From an uncultured bacterium (lineage in GTDB: Bacteria > Auribacterota > Erginobacteria > Erginobacterales > Erginobacteraceae): DNA of 64,000 nucleotides. The notes beneath the pieces were generated by a model, which made no database searches, had not been told where the DNA came from, and was given only the letters and a program-made list of their open reading frames with translations. The position numbers and the translations under genes were made by a program. Position 1 is the first letter of the stretch. Every line of letters starts with the position of its first letter. Positions 45,546 to 54,686 of this stretch are shown here, piece after piece. Location of the stretch: assembly GCA_963822585.1 (NCBI GenBank), contig CAWGIE010000033.1, positions 96,001 to 160,000 on the forward strand. The letters are read 5' to 3'.

Positions 45546-45568
45546 GACCTCCCTTTCAGGGAGGTCTT
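45544..45568. terminator. Hairpin between convergent genes
   Basis: AAGACCTCCCT-TTC-AGGGAGGTCTT. Confidence 0.65.
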
Positions 45569-46706
45569 ATTGAGAAAGAATATCCACCGATACGGCCCGC
45601 CGGGGCGGGATCTTTCCCTCTTTCAGGACCTCTCCTTTATTCCCTACGACCCTGAATTTTCCCGTGGCGGCAGCGGTCCCTTTAAAGGTGATCGGGATAT
45701 CTTTCAACGGGTAGGGGCTCTGGTTCTCACAGGTGATGATCAGCGTCTCCCCTTCCCGTTTTGTCCGAACGGTCACTTTCTCCCGGGCCAGCCACCACTC
45801 GGCAAGTTCTTTCATCGTGCAAATCCAGGTATCCTGATTCTTCAAAAAGTCGATGAACTCTGCCAGCCGTTTCAGGTTCTCCGGCTCGCTGATCTGCGGA
45901 AGGTGGGTGAGAAAGACAAAAACACCGCCGCGCCGGTGGTAGCGATGGAATACTTCGAGCGCCTTCTCCGGCCGGACCGTGGGGTCGCTCTGAGAGGTTA
46001 TTTCCAGTAGCTGCAGACCGTCCGGGTGATACGGGTACATTAAACGGCGCCGGAAAGAAGGGACCAGCATCGTCTCCAGCGTGGTCGGAGGGAGGTCGAG
46101 GTCCGATCCGTAAAGAAAGCCCAGCCGATCGAGGGCCCGGAAGGTGGCCCGATTTCCGGAGAAACAGGGACTGCGGTGGCCGGCCGGAGGAAACCCGAGC
46201 TCGCTCAGGATCTCCCTGCCCCGGCGGATGATCTCGAACTGCTCATCTTCGGAGAGGAAGAGCATCTCCGCCCCCATCTTCACCCCCCGCCCCCGGTTTT
46301 TCTCGCAGAAGTGAGCCAAACCGTGCTGGGCGATTTCGTTCCCATCCGACCGGAGTTTCTCCATCATGGCCGGCTGGCCGCCCGGGGCCCGGAGAGGATG
46401 TTCCCCCAGAAGATCGGGAACGACAAAGAACGTCCCTCTGACTCCGGCATCCTTCAAGAGAAGCCGCAGCCGTTCGATCGCGTCCGGCGGCGTTCCGGCG
46501 GAGAGGTCATCGTTGGTGAAGACACTGGCCGAGCGGTTTCCCCCCGGGTAAAGGCCGAGTTCGATATCATCGTTCTCAAGAAACGCCACCGGCGGACCGC
46601 TCACGTAGTCCCACCAGATATAGTACGTATTGAATCCAATCCAGCCGAAAAGCAGTACGATGAGCAGCCCGGCGATTACTGATAATTTTCGGAGTTGTTT
46701 CTTCAT
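45567..46706 (-). CDS. Polysaccharide deacetylase/DUF2334-like membrane-anchored protein
   Basis: FTNDD, GTFFVVP, EIAQHGLAH, HRSP, LTH (NodB-type motifs). Confidence 0.75.
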   Translation of the reverse strand: MKKQLRKLSVIAGLLIVLLFGWIGFNTYYIWWDYVSGPPVAFLENDDIELGLYPGGNRSASVFTNDDLSAGTPPDAIERLRLLLKDAGVRGTFFVVPDLLGEHPLRAPGGQPAMMEKLRSDGNEIAQHGLAHFCEKNRGRGVKMGAEMLFLSEDEQFEIIRRGREILSELGFPPAGHRSPCFSGNRATFRALDRLGFLYGSDLDLPPTTLETMLVPSFRRRLMYPYHPDGLQLLEITSQSDPTVRPEKALEVFHRYHRRGGVFVFLTHLPQISEPENLKRLAEFIDFLKNQDTWICTMKELAEWWLAREKVTVRTKREGETLIITCENQSPYPLKDIPITFKGTAAATGKFRVVGNKGEVLKEGKIPPRRAVSVDILSQ

Positions 46707-46799
46707 TGCTGGAGCATTCGATAAAATCAATATGCTTTTATACTGCTGTTCTTTTAGATGATGTCATTGTTCAGAACTATAATTTTTCCGAAGGAAAAA

Positions 46800-48776
46800 T
46801 TATATGTCATAGAGTTCCCATTCCTCGTAACACCCCGGTCCCAGTTCTTCCAGAAACCGGGAGGGTCGCTGGATCACTTCGGCCCCGGAACGCTGACGGG
46901 CGGTCAGGGGATAAAGCAGGTAGAGTTCTTCCCGGCAGCGGGTGCCGGCCACGTAAAACAGACGGCGCTCCTCCTCCATGTTGCCGGCGTTGGTATAACT
47001 GGAAACGGGCGGAAATTTCCCCTCCGCCAGCCAGATGATGAAGACCGCGTCCCACTCCAACCCCTTGGCCTGATGAATGGTGCTGAGAACGACCATCTCT
47101 TCCCGGGCGCCCCGCTGGACATCGTGCGCGCTCAACCCGCCGATCATCGCCAGTTCGTCCAGAAATACCTCCAGGTCGCCGTAGCGGGCGGCGTAATTCG
47201 CCATCTGCTGGAGGTCCTCGATCCGACGTTCGTAATTGGGATACTTGCTCTGCAGGTACCCGTCGTAATCGCTCTCCAGAACCAGGCCGATCATCTCGGC
47301 CGGCCCTTTCCCGGCCCGGCGCCGCAGTTCCCGCACCGTCCGGGCGAATCCGGACCAGGCGGCCTGCACACCCGCGGGGAGGACCGCTTCCATCCCCTCT
47401 CCCTCCAGGGCGCGAAGCGGATCGGGGCTTGCCCGCAGATACTCCCAGATCTTCTCGGCGGACCGGGGACCGATCCGGGGGAGCATGACCAGGAGCCGTT
47501 TCCAGGCGATCTCATCACGGGGGTTGTCGATGATCTTCAGGTAGGCCAGGATGTCCTTGATGTGGGCCTGCTCGAAGAAACGGATCCCCGAACGGACCGT
47601 GAACGGGATCTCCCGCCGGGTTAATTCCATCTGCACCTCCATGGAGTGGTAGTGGGAGCGGTAGAGGACGGCGATCTCACCCGGATTGACGCCCTCGTCG
47701 ATCAGTTCCAGGATGCGCTGGGCGACGAACTCGGCCTGCTCGTAGACGTTTCCCGGCCGGATGACCACCGGCCGCGTCCCCGGTTTTTTTACCGGGCTCA
47801 GGGTCTTTTGAAAACCGTCTTCGGCGCTTTTCAGAATCGCGTTCGCCAGGTGAAGGATCTCGGGGGTGGAACGGTAATTGGTTTCCACGGTGTAGATCCG
47901 GCAGCCGCGGTATCGCCGGGGGAAATCGCGGATATTGCTGAAGAGCGCCCCCCGGAAAGAATAGATGGACTGGGAATCGTCGCCCACCACCATGATATTG
48001 CCGTGTTCGCTGCCGAGCCGGTCGACGATCCGGGCCTGGATGATGTTGGTATCCTGGTATTCATCCACCAGAATGTGCCGGAAGCGGCGGCGGTACTCGC
48101 CGGCAATTTCCGGGTAATCCGCCAGCAGGCGGTCGAAATAGATCAGCAGGTCGTCGAAGTCAAGATAGTTCAGCTCCTGTTTCCGCCGGGCGTACCGGGC
48201 GGCCACGTCCTCAACCTGGGGGAGCAGCCGCAGGAAGTGCTCGGCCTTCTCTTCCACGGCCGCTTCCAGGCTGGACCCGGTATTCCGGGCGTATCCGATA
48301 ATCTCCATCAGGACCCTCCCCCGGGGAAAACGCTTTTCCCGGGTATCGATCCCGGCCGCCCGGACCACCCCTTCGATCAGGACCCGGGAATCTTCCCGGT
48401 CCAGGATAGTGTAATTCGTCTTGAATCCCAGCAGTTCGGCGTGCTCCCGCAGGATCCGATTCCCCACGTGATGAAAAGTCCCGCCCCAGATCCGGGACGT
48501 CTCCACCGGGATCAGGGCTTCCACCCTCCGGAGCATCTCTTCCGCGGCCTTCTTGGTGAAGGTCAGAAGCAGGATCTCTTCCGGCCGCACGCCTCTCTCC
48601 AGAAGGCAGGCCACCCGGTAGGTGACCACCCGGGTCTTCCCGCTGCCGGCACCGGCGATGACCAGGATGGGGCCGTCCGGCGCCAGGGCCGCCGCCCGCT
48701 GCTGGGGATTGAGATCGGCCTCGTAATCGATCTTCCCAACCGGGGAAACGTGTTTTAATCCGTACTTCTTCTTCAC
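46800..48776 (-). CDS. UvrD/PcrA-family ATP-dependent DNA helicase
   Basis: AGAGSGKT, GTFH, VDEYQD, GDDSQSIYSFRG, NYRS, STIHQAKGLEW, EERRLFYVA.TR. Confidence 0.95.
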   Translation of the reverse strand: MKKKYGLKHVSPVGKIDYEADLNPQQRAAALAPDGPILVIAGAGSGKTRVVTYRVACLLERGVRPEEILLLTFTKKAAEEMLRRVEALIPVETSRIWGGTFHHVGNRILREHAELLGFKTNYTILDREDSRVLIEGVVRAAGIDTREKRFPRGRVLMEIIGYARNTGSSLEAAVEEKAEHFLRLLPQVEDVAARYARRKQELNYLDFDDLLIYFDRLLADYPEIAGEYRRRFRHILVDEYQDTNIIQARIVDRLGSEHGNIMVVGDDSQSIYSFRGALFSNIRDFPRRYRGCRIYTVETNYRSTPEILHLANAILKSAEDGFQKTLSPVKKPGTRPVVIRPGNVYEQAEFVAQRILELIDEGVNPGEIAVLYRSHYHSMEVQMELTRREIPFTVRSGIRFFEQAHIKDILAYLKIIDNPRDEIAWKRLLVMLPRIGPRSAEKIWEYLRASPDPLRALEGEGMEAVLPAGVQAAWSGFARTVRELRRRAGKGPAEMIGLVLESDYDGYLQSKYPNYERRIEDLQQMANYAARYGDLEVFLDELAMIGGLSAHDVQRGAREEMVVLSTIHQAKGLEWDAVFIIWLAEGKFPPVSSYTNAGNMEEERRLFYVAGTRCREELYLLYPLTARQRSGAEVIQRPSRFLEELGPGCYEEWELYDI

Positions 48777-48838
48777 ATATAGCTCTCTTCTCTTTTTGGG
48801 ATACTATCTATACTCTGCTCGAAAAGGATTTCGAGCAT

Positions 48839-48992
48839 AAAATCCTAAATCTTAATATCTAAATCCTAAATAAATCCAAAACCCAAATAATCAAATGTTT
48901 CAAATATCGCCGGTTTTAGCCCCCTGGTTTGGGATTTTTCAGTTTGGGTCATTTGATATTATTTAGGATTTAGGATTTGTTATTTGGGATTT
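48839..48992. repeat. Inverted 7-mer micro-repeat element (AAATCCT class)
   Basis: AAATCCTAAATCTTAATATCTAAATCCTAAAT ... ATTTAGGATTTAGGATTTGTTATTTGGGATTT. Confidence 0.9.
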
Positions 48993-49053
48993 CCCGATAA
49001 GCGTATTGGAATACCCGGAATTGTTGATCATCTATTGAATCATACTAAATATT

Positions 49054-49878
49054 TCATAACTTGATCTTCGGGTCCAGGTAATCCCGGGCGGCGTCGCCCA
49101 GTATATTGAAAGACATCACCGTCAGGGCCAGGGCAAGACCCGGGAAGAGGACGATCCAGGGCGCGGTCTTCAGGTACTCGCGGCCGGCGCTGATCATGAA
49201 CCCCCAGGTGGCGGTGGGAGGCCGGACCCCCAGGTCGAGAAAACTCAGGGCGGACTCGGCCAGGATAAAGGCGCCGATTTTCAGGCTGGCCGCGATCAAA
49301 ACGATGGGAACACAATTGGGCAGGATGTGACGGAGAAGTATCCGGAGAGGGGAGGACCCGCCGGCTCTGCCCGCTTCCACGTACTGCCGCTCTTTCAAGG
49401 CCAGGACTTCTCCACGCACCAGGCGGGCGATCGACGCCCATCCGACCAGGGAAAGGGCGAGCAGGACGGTGAAAAAACCGGGGGAAAGGACCACCGTGAT
49501 CCCGATCGCCAGTAGAAGACTGGGGAAGGCAAGGGTGATATCGGTTGCCATCTGCAGAACCCCGTCGACGATCCCCGGGAAATACCCTGCCGCCAGCCCC
49601 ACGATCGTTCCCAGCGCGAGGGCCAGGCCGGTCGCGAAACAGCCGATCAGGAGGGAAATCCGGGCCCCGTAGATCACCCGGCTGAAAATATCGCGCCCCT
49701 TTTCATCCGTTCCGAAAAGGTGGTTTTTCCCGGGGACCTGTTTCACCTCGTCCAGGTTGACGGCATCCGGATCATAGGGGGCAAGCAGGGGCGCCAGCAG
49801 GGCGGTCAGGACAATCAAAACGATAAAGCCGGCCGCCGCCGCCGCCAGCCTGTTTTTCTTAAAAAACCGAAGTTTCAT
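49054..49878 (-). CDS. Peptide/nickel ABC permease (DppC/OppC-like)
   Basis: HLFGTDEKGRDIFSRVIYGARISL; EAA loop; HILPN; start reset to ATG 49878. Confidence 0.92.
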   Translation of the reverse strand: MKLRFFKKNRLAAAAAGFIVLIVLTALLAPLLAPYDPDAVNLDEVKQVPGKNHLFGTDEKGRDIFSRVIYGARISLLIGCFATGLALALGTIVGLAAGYFPGIVDGVLQMATDITLAFPSLLLAIGITVVLSPGFFTVLLALSLVGWASIARLVRGEVLALKERQYVEAGRAGGSSPLRILLRHILPNCVPIVLIAASLKIGAFILAESALSFLDLGVRPPTATWGFMISAGREYLKTAPWIVLFPGLALALTVMSFNILGDAARDYLDPKIKL

Positions 49879-49936
49879 GTCAGAATCCTGCCCGTTTCTA
49901 CATCCGGTGGAGGGAAAAGGAGCCCCCTTCTTCCGT

Positions 49937-50054
49937 GTGGAGTACGGGAGTATTGGAGTGATGGAATAATGGGAACGCTCGCCGGACACCCGGTAAGACA
50001 GGTCGATGCCATTTCCCAACACTCCATCATTCCAACACTCCATCACTCCATTAT
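49937..50054. repeat. Inverted 8-mer micro-repeat element
   Basis: TGGAGTACGGGAGTATTGGAGTGATGGAATAATGG ... CCAACACTCCATCATTCCAACACTCCATCACTCCATTA. Confidence 0.9.
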
Positions 50055-50102
50055 TTCATTTTTTCTTTTTCTCTCTTGGTGTCTTTGTGTCTTGGCGGCT
50101 GT

Positions 50103-51104
50103 TTAATGATCATACCTTATTCGGGGATCGATGAATGCGTAGGAGATGTCAACGGCGATGTTGGCGGCGATAAAAATTACCGCCCCCAGCATGACGCAGC
50201 CGATAATCACCGGGTAGTCGCGCTGGAGGATGGCGTTCATCGCCAACCGTCCCACCCCGTCCCAGGAAAAGATCGTCTCCGTCAGAACCGCGCCGTTCAG
50301 GTAGGAACCGAAATCAAGGCCGGCCAGGGTTACGATCGGGATCAGGGCGTTGCGGAAGATGTGTCCGGTGATCACCCGGCGCCGGGAAAGGCCCTTGGCC
50401 CGGGCGGTGGCGACGTAATTTTCGCCTGACACCTCCAGCATGCTGGCCCGGGTAATGCGGGCCAGATAGGCGGCCGAACGGGAACCGAGCGTTACCGCGG
50501 GGAGTACCAAAAAGATCAACGCTCCGCCCCCCATCCCCGAGGGAGGGAACCACCCCAGGCAATAAGAAAAAACCAGGATCAGGATCAGGCCCAGCCAGAA
50601 GACCGGGATTGATATCCCGCTGATGGCCAGGAAACCGGCCAGACGGTCCCAGAAGGTTCCGGGATAAGAGGCGGAGAGTATCCCCAAAAACAGGCCGCAG
50701 ATAACCGCTATCAGTATGGCGGCCAGGGCCAGGCGGGCGGTATTCGGCAGCTTCTCCAGGATCATGCCGCCGACCGGTTGGCCGGTAAAATAGGACCGTC
50801 CCAGGTAGGGCCGCTTGAAGAGGGAGATCCAGGGGACGGTACGTCCCCCGAGGTGCCGCCGCTCGATCGTGGGAAGCTTGATAAAGGAGACACTCTTCAG
50901 GAACTTCCAGTACTGGACCGGGAGGGGGCGGTCAAGCCCCAGCCGTTCCCGGTTGCGGGCGATCACTTCCGGAGAGGTCCGTTCGCCGACCAGCGCCCGG
51001 GTGGGGTCGCCGGGGATGCTCCTGATCAGGATGAAGGTGATCAGCGTCACCCCCGCCAGCGTGGGAACCGCGATCAGGAGTCTTTTAACCACATACCTAA
51101 TCAT
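50103..51104 (-). CDS. Peptide/nickel ABC permease (DppB/OppB-like)
   Basis: PGDP, GLDRPLPVQY, TARAKGL, ETIFSWDGVG, RDYP, DPRIR. Confidence 0.93.
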   Translation of the reverse strand: MIRYVVKRLLIAVPTLAGVTLITFILIRSIPGDPTRALVGERTSPEVIARNRERLGLDRPLPVQYWKFLKSVSFIKLPTIERRHLGGRTVPWISLFKRPYLGRSYFTGQPVGGMILEKLPNTARLALAAILIAVICGLFLGILSASYPGTFWDRLAGFLAISGISIPVFWLGLILILVFSYCLGWFPPSGMGGGALIFLVLPAVTLGSRSAAYLARITRASMLEVSGENYVATARAKGLSRRRVITGHIFRNALIPIVTLAGLDFGSYLNGAVLTETIFSWDGVGRLAMNAILQRDYPVIIGCVMLGAVIFIAANIAVDISYAFIDPRIRYDH

Positions 51105-51158
51105 TGTGTTAACTATACCGTGCTCAAAAATAATCTCGTATTGAATATAAATCAATTA

Positions 51159-51445
51159 AAACCACGAAGGACACGAAGATCACGAAGTATTTTAAAATGA
51201 GTGTAATCCTATTTGTTTCCTTGACCATTCTTCATGTCGTGGGACAGTCGCTACGCTGCTTGTCCCGCAAGCGGGATCCGTCTCACTGCGTTCGGCTCGT
51301 GCTCTTCGTGATGAATTACTTCATTGTTGAGGGAAAATAAGGATAAAAATACCACGGAGTCTCGAAGCACACAAAGAATAGAGGGAGACGGGCGAAACAA
51401 TGTCCTTTCCCCAAAAACTTCGTGATCTTCGTGTCCTTCGTGGTA
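51159..51445. repeat. Two tandem inverted 9-mer elements (CACGAAG class), the first with a nested REP-like hairpin
   Basis: ACCACGAAGGACACGAAGATCACGAAG..[GGGACAGTCGCTACGCTGCTTGTCCC]..CTTCGTGATG; ACCACGGAG...CTTCGTGATCTTCGTGTCCTTCGTGGT. Confidence 0.85.
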
Positions 51446-51447
51446 AT

Positions 51448-52491
51448 TTAGTTAACTGCGGCCAGTTCGCGTTCCAGTTTCGGCCTTATCAGATTTTTCC
51501 GGTACGGCTCCATGAACGACTGGTCCAGGGCGGAGATCATCAACCCCTTGATCTCATCCAGGGTAAAGTTGAAATGCTCCATCGCCAGGAGAAGCTCGTT
51601 TGTGAAAGTGGTGTCGCAGATGGCGGGATCGTCGGTATTGAGAGAAATCCTGATGCCGTAATCGTAGAGACGACGTACCGGGTGAGACGCCAGGTCGGGA
51701 ACGGTCTTTGTCTGTACGTTGCTGGTCAGGCAGATCTCCAGGGGCACCCCCCTCTCTCTCACCCAGGCCATCATCTCCTCATCGTTGATGATCCGGATTC
51801 CGTGGCCGATCCTCTGGGCGCCCAGGGCTTCGATCGCGACCCGGATATTGGTCTCGCCTCCTCCCTCGCCGGCGTGGACGGTGACGTTGAGGCCGTTCTC
51901 CTGGGCAACCTTGAAGGCGGTAATAAAAAGCTCGGGAGGGAAGGCGGCCTCATCGCCGAAGAGATCGATCCCCACCACCCCCAGGCCGGTATAATCGGCC
52001 GCGGTATCCACCGCCCGCAGGGCCAGTTTCAGGCCGTTGGATCGGGAGATGCCGACAATAAAGCCGACGTCGATATCGAACTCTATCTCTGCCCGGCGGG
52101 CGCCTTTGAGGACCGCGTGGAGCAGCTCATCCCAGCCGTGAGGGGTCTCCAGCGTCATGAAGACGGGGCTGAACCTGAGTTCGAGCACCCGGATATTGTC
52201 CCGGGCGCAATCCCGGCAGACATAGTAGGAAACGCGCTCGATCGCCTCCAGGGTAGGGAACGCCATCCCGATCCAGAAAAATTTTTCCAGAAACTCCTGT
52301 AAACTGCCCACGTGCCCTTTAATCTGCACCAGCGACCGCAGTTCTTCCAGATCGTACGAGGCCAGCTTGACGTTGTAGTCACGGGCGATTTCCAGCAACA
52401 GCTCCGCCGAAATGCACCCTTCCAGGTGCCGGTGGAGTTCCACCTTGGGTAAATTCTTTATCCTCTCAATCGTTTTCTGATCCAGCGCCAT
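51448..52491 (-). CDS. add: Adenosine/adenine deaminase
   Basis: PKVELHRHLEG, HAGE, RIGHG, EICLTSN, NTDDP. Confidence 0.9.
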   Translation of the reverse strand: MALDQKTIERIKNLPKVELHRHLEGCISAELLLEIARDYNVKLASYDLEELRSLVQIKGHVGSLQEFLEKFFWIGMAFPTLEAIERVSYYVCRDCARDNIRVLELRFSPVFMTLETPHGWDELLHAVLKGARRAEIEFDIDVGFIVGISRSNGLKLALRAVDTAADYTGLGVVGIDLFGDEAAFPPELFITAFKVAQENGLNVTVHAGEGGGETNIRVAIEALGAQRIGHGIRIINDEEMMAWVRERGVPLEICLTSNVQTKTVPDLASHPVRRLYDYGIRISLNTDDPAICDTTFTNELLLAMEHFNFTLDEIKGLMISALDQSFMEPYRKNLIRPKLERELAAVN

Positions 52492-52623
52492 CCGATTGCC
52501 TCCCGTCCGGGTTACGATACATTCTCTCCCGACCGGCCGGAACATATCGGGGGCATTCCGGGGAAAGAGTTATCGCCAAGGTCGGTTAATGAACGTCATT
52601 ATAACCGGGGAAGAGAGCTTGGA

Positions 52624-54195
52624 TCAATACAAATTAAGCTCAAGATCGGTGAACTTATCTCCGTTATAGATAAGCGGGATCCGGTAATTCTTTACCCGCG
52701 GATTACAGATCATTACTTCCTTCTTGTGCCAGAGGAAGACCCAGGGGGCGAGTTCGACCACCCGGGCCTGCGCGGCTTCCAGCAGCCGTTTCCGTTCTTT
52801 CCGGTCGGTTGTCCGGGCGGCGGCGTCCAGTTCCCGGTCGACCTCCCGATCGCTGAAGCGGGACCGGTTGCCGCCGGGACCGATGTTGGCCGAGTGAAAT
52901 GTCGGGTAGAGGAAGTTTTCGGCGTCCGGGTAATCTCCCCACCAGGAGAGGAAGAAAATATCGAAATCACCGTCGTCGACGGCCTGCTTGAACGAACTCC
53001 ACTCCCGCTGGACCAGGACCAGCTCGATGCCGACTTTCTTCAGGTAGTCCTGGATCACCTCCGCGATGCTGAGAACTTCGCGATCGGCCTTGAAAAGCAG
53101 GGCGGCCTTCAGGGGCGGTTCAACCCCGGCGCGGGCCAGCAGTTCTCTTGCCCGAACCGGATCGTAGGGGTAGCCCCGGGGTACTGCCGGGAGAAGACCC
53201 GGCGGGACCGGCCCGGCGGCGGCCACCGCCCGCCCCTCCAGGATGACGTCGATGATCTTCTCCCGGTCGATCGCGCAGTTAAAGGCCTGCCGGACGCGCG
53301 GGTCGTTGAAGGGGGGGCGACGGCAGTTGAAACCGAGATAGTAGCAGTTGAGCCCAACCCGGCTCCGGACCCTCTCCTTCCAGGGCGCTTCGGTCGTGTA
53401 CTTCCTGTATTCGGCCCGGGGGACTTCCATGATATCGAGATTGCCCTGTTCGAACTCCACCACGGCGGTCAGCGTCTCCGGGATCACCCGGTAGAGTATC
53501 CCCGCCAGCCGGGGCGGACCGGCGAAGTAATCCGGGTTGCGTTCCAGGAGGATCCGGTTGTTGTGGCTCCATTCGACGAGCCGGAACGGTCCCGTCCCCC
53601 GGGGATGATCGGAGAACGATTCTCCGGGTTTCTCCACCGCTTCCCGGGGGACGATGGCGGCGTTGGGCATGGCCAGGAAATCAAGAAACAGGGCGGACGG
53701 CTCGCTCAGTTCGATCTCGACCGTATTCTTCCCGGCCGCCCGCAGTCCGGGCAGCTGTGTCGATTGGCCGGAGGTGAAGGCGGGGGCTCCCCGCACGTCC
53801 TTCAGCAACCAGGAACGGGGAGAGTTGACCGCGGGGTCGAGAATGCGGCGGAGAGAATAGACAACGTCGTCCGCCGTCACCTCCCGGCTGGTCGTGAATT
53901 TCACCCCGTTCCGGAGAAAAAAACGATATCCGCGGCCGTCATCCGAAATCTCCCAGCGGGAGGCAAGATCGGGCACGATTTTTCCCTCCGCGTCGAAACG
54001 GACCAGTCCGTTGAAGATTTTGGCCGCCAGCGCGCCACCCGGGACGTCCACGATAAAGGCCGGGTCAAGGGTGGAAGGGTCATCCTTCAGCATCAGGCGG
54101 AGATCGTTTTCTTCCTCACCGTTCCGCGATCCGCACCCGGTCAGAAGGAGGAGAAGAAATACGGCGATCCTTTCGATTGGCTGGCACCATTTCAT
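52624..54195 (-). CDS. ABC transporter substrate-binding lipoprotein, family 5
   Basis: LTGC lipobox; DPSTLDP, PDLASRW, GTGPF, RVRQA; start ATG 54195. Confidence 0.92.
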   Translation of the reverse strand: MKWCQPIERIAVFLLLLLTGCGSRNGEEENDLRLMLKDDPSTLDPAFIVDVPGGALAAKIFNGLVRFDAEGKIVPDLASRWEISDDGRGYRFFLRNGVKFTTSREVTADDVVYSLRRILDPAVNSPRSWLLKDVRGAPAFTSGQSTQLPGLRAAGKNTVEIELSEPSALFLDFLAMPNAAIVPREAVEKPGESFSDHPRGTGPFRLVEWSHNNRILLERNPDYFAGPPRLAGILYRVIPETLTAVVEFEQGNLDIMEVPRAEYRKYTTEAPWKERVRSRVGLNCYYLGFNCRRPPFNDPRVRQAFNCAIDREKIIDVILEGRAVAAAGPVPPGLLPAVPRGYPYDPVRARELLARAGVEPPLKAALLFKADREVLSIAEVIQDYLKKVGIELVLVQREWSSFKQAVDDGDFDIFFLSWWGDYPDAENFLYPTFHSANIGPGGNRSRFSDREVDRELDAAARTTDRKERKRLLEAAQARVVELAPWVFLWHKKEVMICNPRVKNYRIPLIYNGDKFTDLELNLY

Positions 54196-54351
54196 TGCCG
54201 CAACTCTATCACTAAACCGCAAAGAGGCAAAGATCGTAGTATCGGCTTCGCCTTGCAGGAAATGTAGTATCGCTCCAGGCTTACGCCCGGAGCTTGTAGG
54301 ATCACCGCGTTTGCTATTTTTTGGTTCACATCTATTTTTATTTACAGGTAT

Positions 54352-54645
54352 TCTCCATGTCCTCTGTGATCTCTGTGGTTTAAACACGGGACCATGGCAA
54401 AAAATACTTTAGTGTCAATTAGTGAAATTAGTGGACAAAAAAGAGGCCGAGGTAGAGGGAATTAATCGGGTCCCCGCAAAGTGCCTCCGGCACCGCGGGG
54501 TAAAAATCTGTGTAAACTTGTGGTGAGCGAAGTCGAATCCATCTGTGGACAAGCAAGGGTCCGAGGGGAGTCAGAGAAATCGCTCCGGGTAATTTCGCGT
54601 AATTCGCGAAATTCGTAGTTTAATCAAGGGGCCGCGGTAGAGGGC
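54352..54645. repeat. Array of different 9-mer arms alternating with a G-rich conserved motif
   Basis: CTCTGTG-, TTAGTG-, ATCTGTG- and TTCGCG-class arms; three are followed by variants of AAGAGGCCGAGGTAGAGGGA. Confidence 0.75.
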
Positions 54646-54686
54646 AACTCATCTTCAATCACATTCAAATCGTCTGTTTTTTCCAG

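Noticed and set aside
31455..54387. N-terminal extensions in the ORF track (GT39 from 31706, lpxA from 34343, pal from 43520, dppC from 50046, SBP from 54387)
   Set aside because: They translate intergenic or repeat DNA; family-typical starts lie downstream.
54352..54645. CRISPR array
   Set aside because: Repeats are degenerate and irregularly spaced, spacers are themselves repeats, and there are no cas genes.
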